Part shown: positions 21,695 to 22,290 of the stretch, one piece after another
Layout of the letters: each line of letters begins with the position of its first letter
Position numbering within the stretch: the first letter of the stretch is position 1
Source of the DNA: Paraspadella gotoi
Taxonomy: Eukaryota; Animalia; Chaetognatha
Length of the DNA stretch: 22,290 nucleotides
Reading direction: 5' to 3'
NCBI GenBank assembly: GCA_051294375.1
Contig: JBJCIZ010000571.1
Location: forward strand, 1-22,290
Position numbers and translations under genes: made by a program
The notes under the pieces: model-generated
The model's input: only the letters and a program-made list of their open reading frames with translations
Databases searched by the model: none
What the model was told of the DNA's origin: nothing

Positions 21695-22290
21695 CCCGCT
21701 GCTCCGCCGCTGCTCCGCCGCTGCTCCGCCGCATTTATAAATTCTTATGAGTCTCACTTCGACGATAAGTTTTCTTCGTTTCGGGCGAATTTCTCGCGAT
21801 AAACNNNNNNNNNNNNNNNNNNNNNNNNNNNNNNNNNNNNNNNNNNNNNNNNNNNNNNNNNNNNNNNNNNNNNNNNNNNNNNNNNNNNNNNNNNNNNNNN
21901 NNNNNNNNNNNNNNNNNNNNNNNNNNNNNNNNNNNNNNNNNNNNNNNNNNNNNNNNNNNNNNNNNNNNNNNNNNNNNNNNNNNNNNNNNNNNNNNNNNNN
22001 NNNNNNNNNNNNNNNTAATATTTGTTTTAAATTTCAATTGTTGATAAGCATTAATTAGCTTTTCCGACTTTCGCCAATTTTGTTAAATGTTTTCTAGAGA
22101 ATAAATTCTTGATTNNNNNNNNNNCTCTTTCTCGTGATTACTCCTTGTCCTTTGTTTCATACTCAGTTTCCTCTCTTTCGTCCTCTGTTTCTTCTATTCA
22201 TCCTCTGTTTCTTCTCTTGCGTCCTCTGTTTCCTTTGTTTCGTCCTCCGTTTTTTTCCTTCGATGTCTCAATTCTCCCACATTTTGAATC
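21695..22290 (-). repeat. Right arm of a long inverted repeat (runs off the window end; contains N runs 21805-22015 and 22115-22124)
   Basis: The reverse complement reads gattcaaaatgtgggagaattgagacatcgaagg... and ...gaagtgagactcataagaatttataaatgcggcggagcagc, as in the left arm. Confidence 0.92.

Overview
Low-quality draft eukaryotic (metazoan, probably invertebrate) scaffold. It is AT-rich, dominated by (GA)n/(TC)n microsatellites and long polypurine/polypyrimidine tracts, and has six N runs. Almost all ORFs in the six-frame track are translations of simple repeats. Coding signal is confined to short GC-rich islands bounded by splice signals. (1) Two + strand exons of a C-type lectin-like domain gene (2516-2691, frame-disrupted; 3102-3310, clean terminal exon). 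(2) A 552-nt - strand terminal exon (10224-9673) encoding a His/Pro/Gly-rich, transcription-factor-like C-terminus. (3) A candidate two-exon + strand small ORF or C-terminus (18045-18072 + 18418-18485) that the ORF track misses. The window ends in a long, indel-rich inverted duplication (20715-21423 vs 21695-22290) that may be a fold-back assembly or amplification artefact. I found no prokaryotic operon, CRISPR array, rRNA, tRNA or intact mobile element, and I cannot support a genuinely new biological system from this sequence alone.
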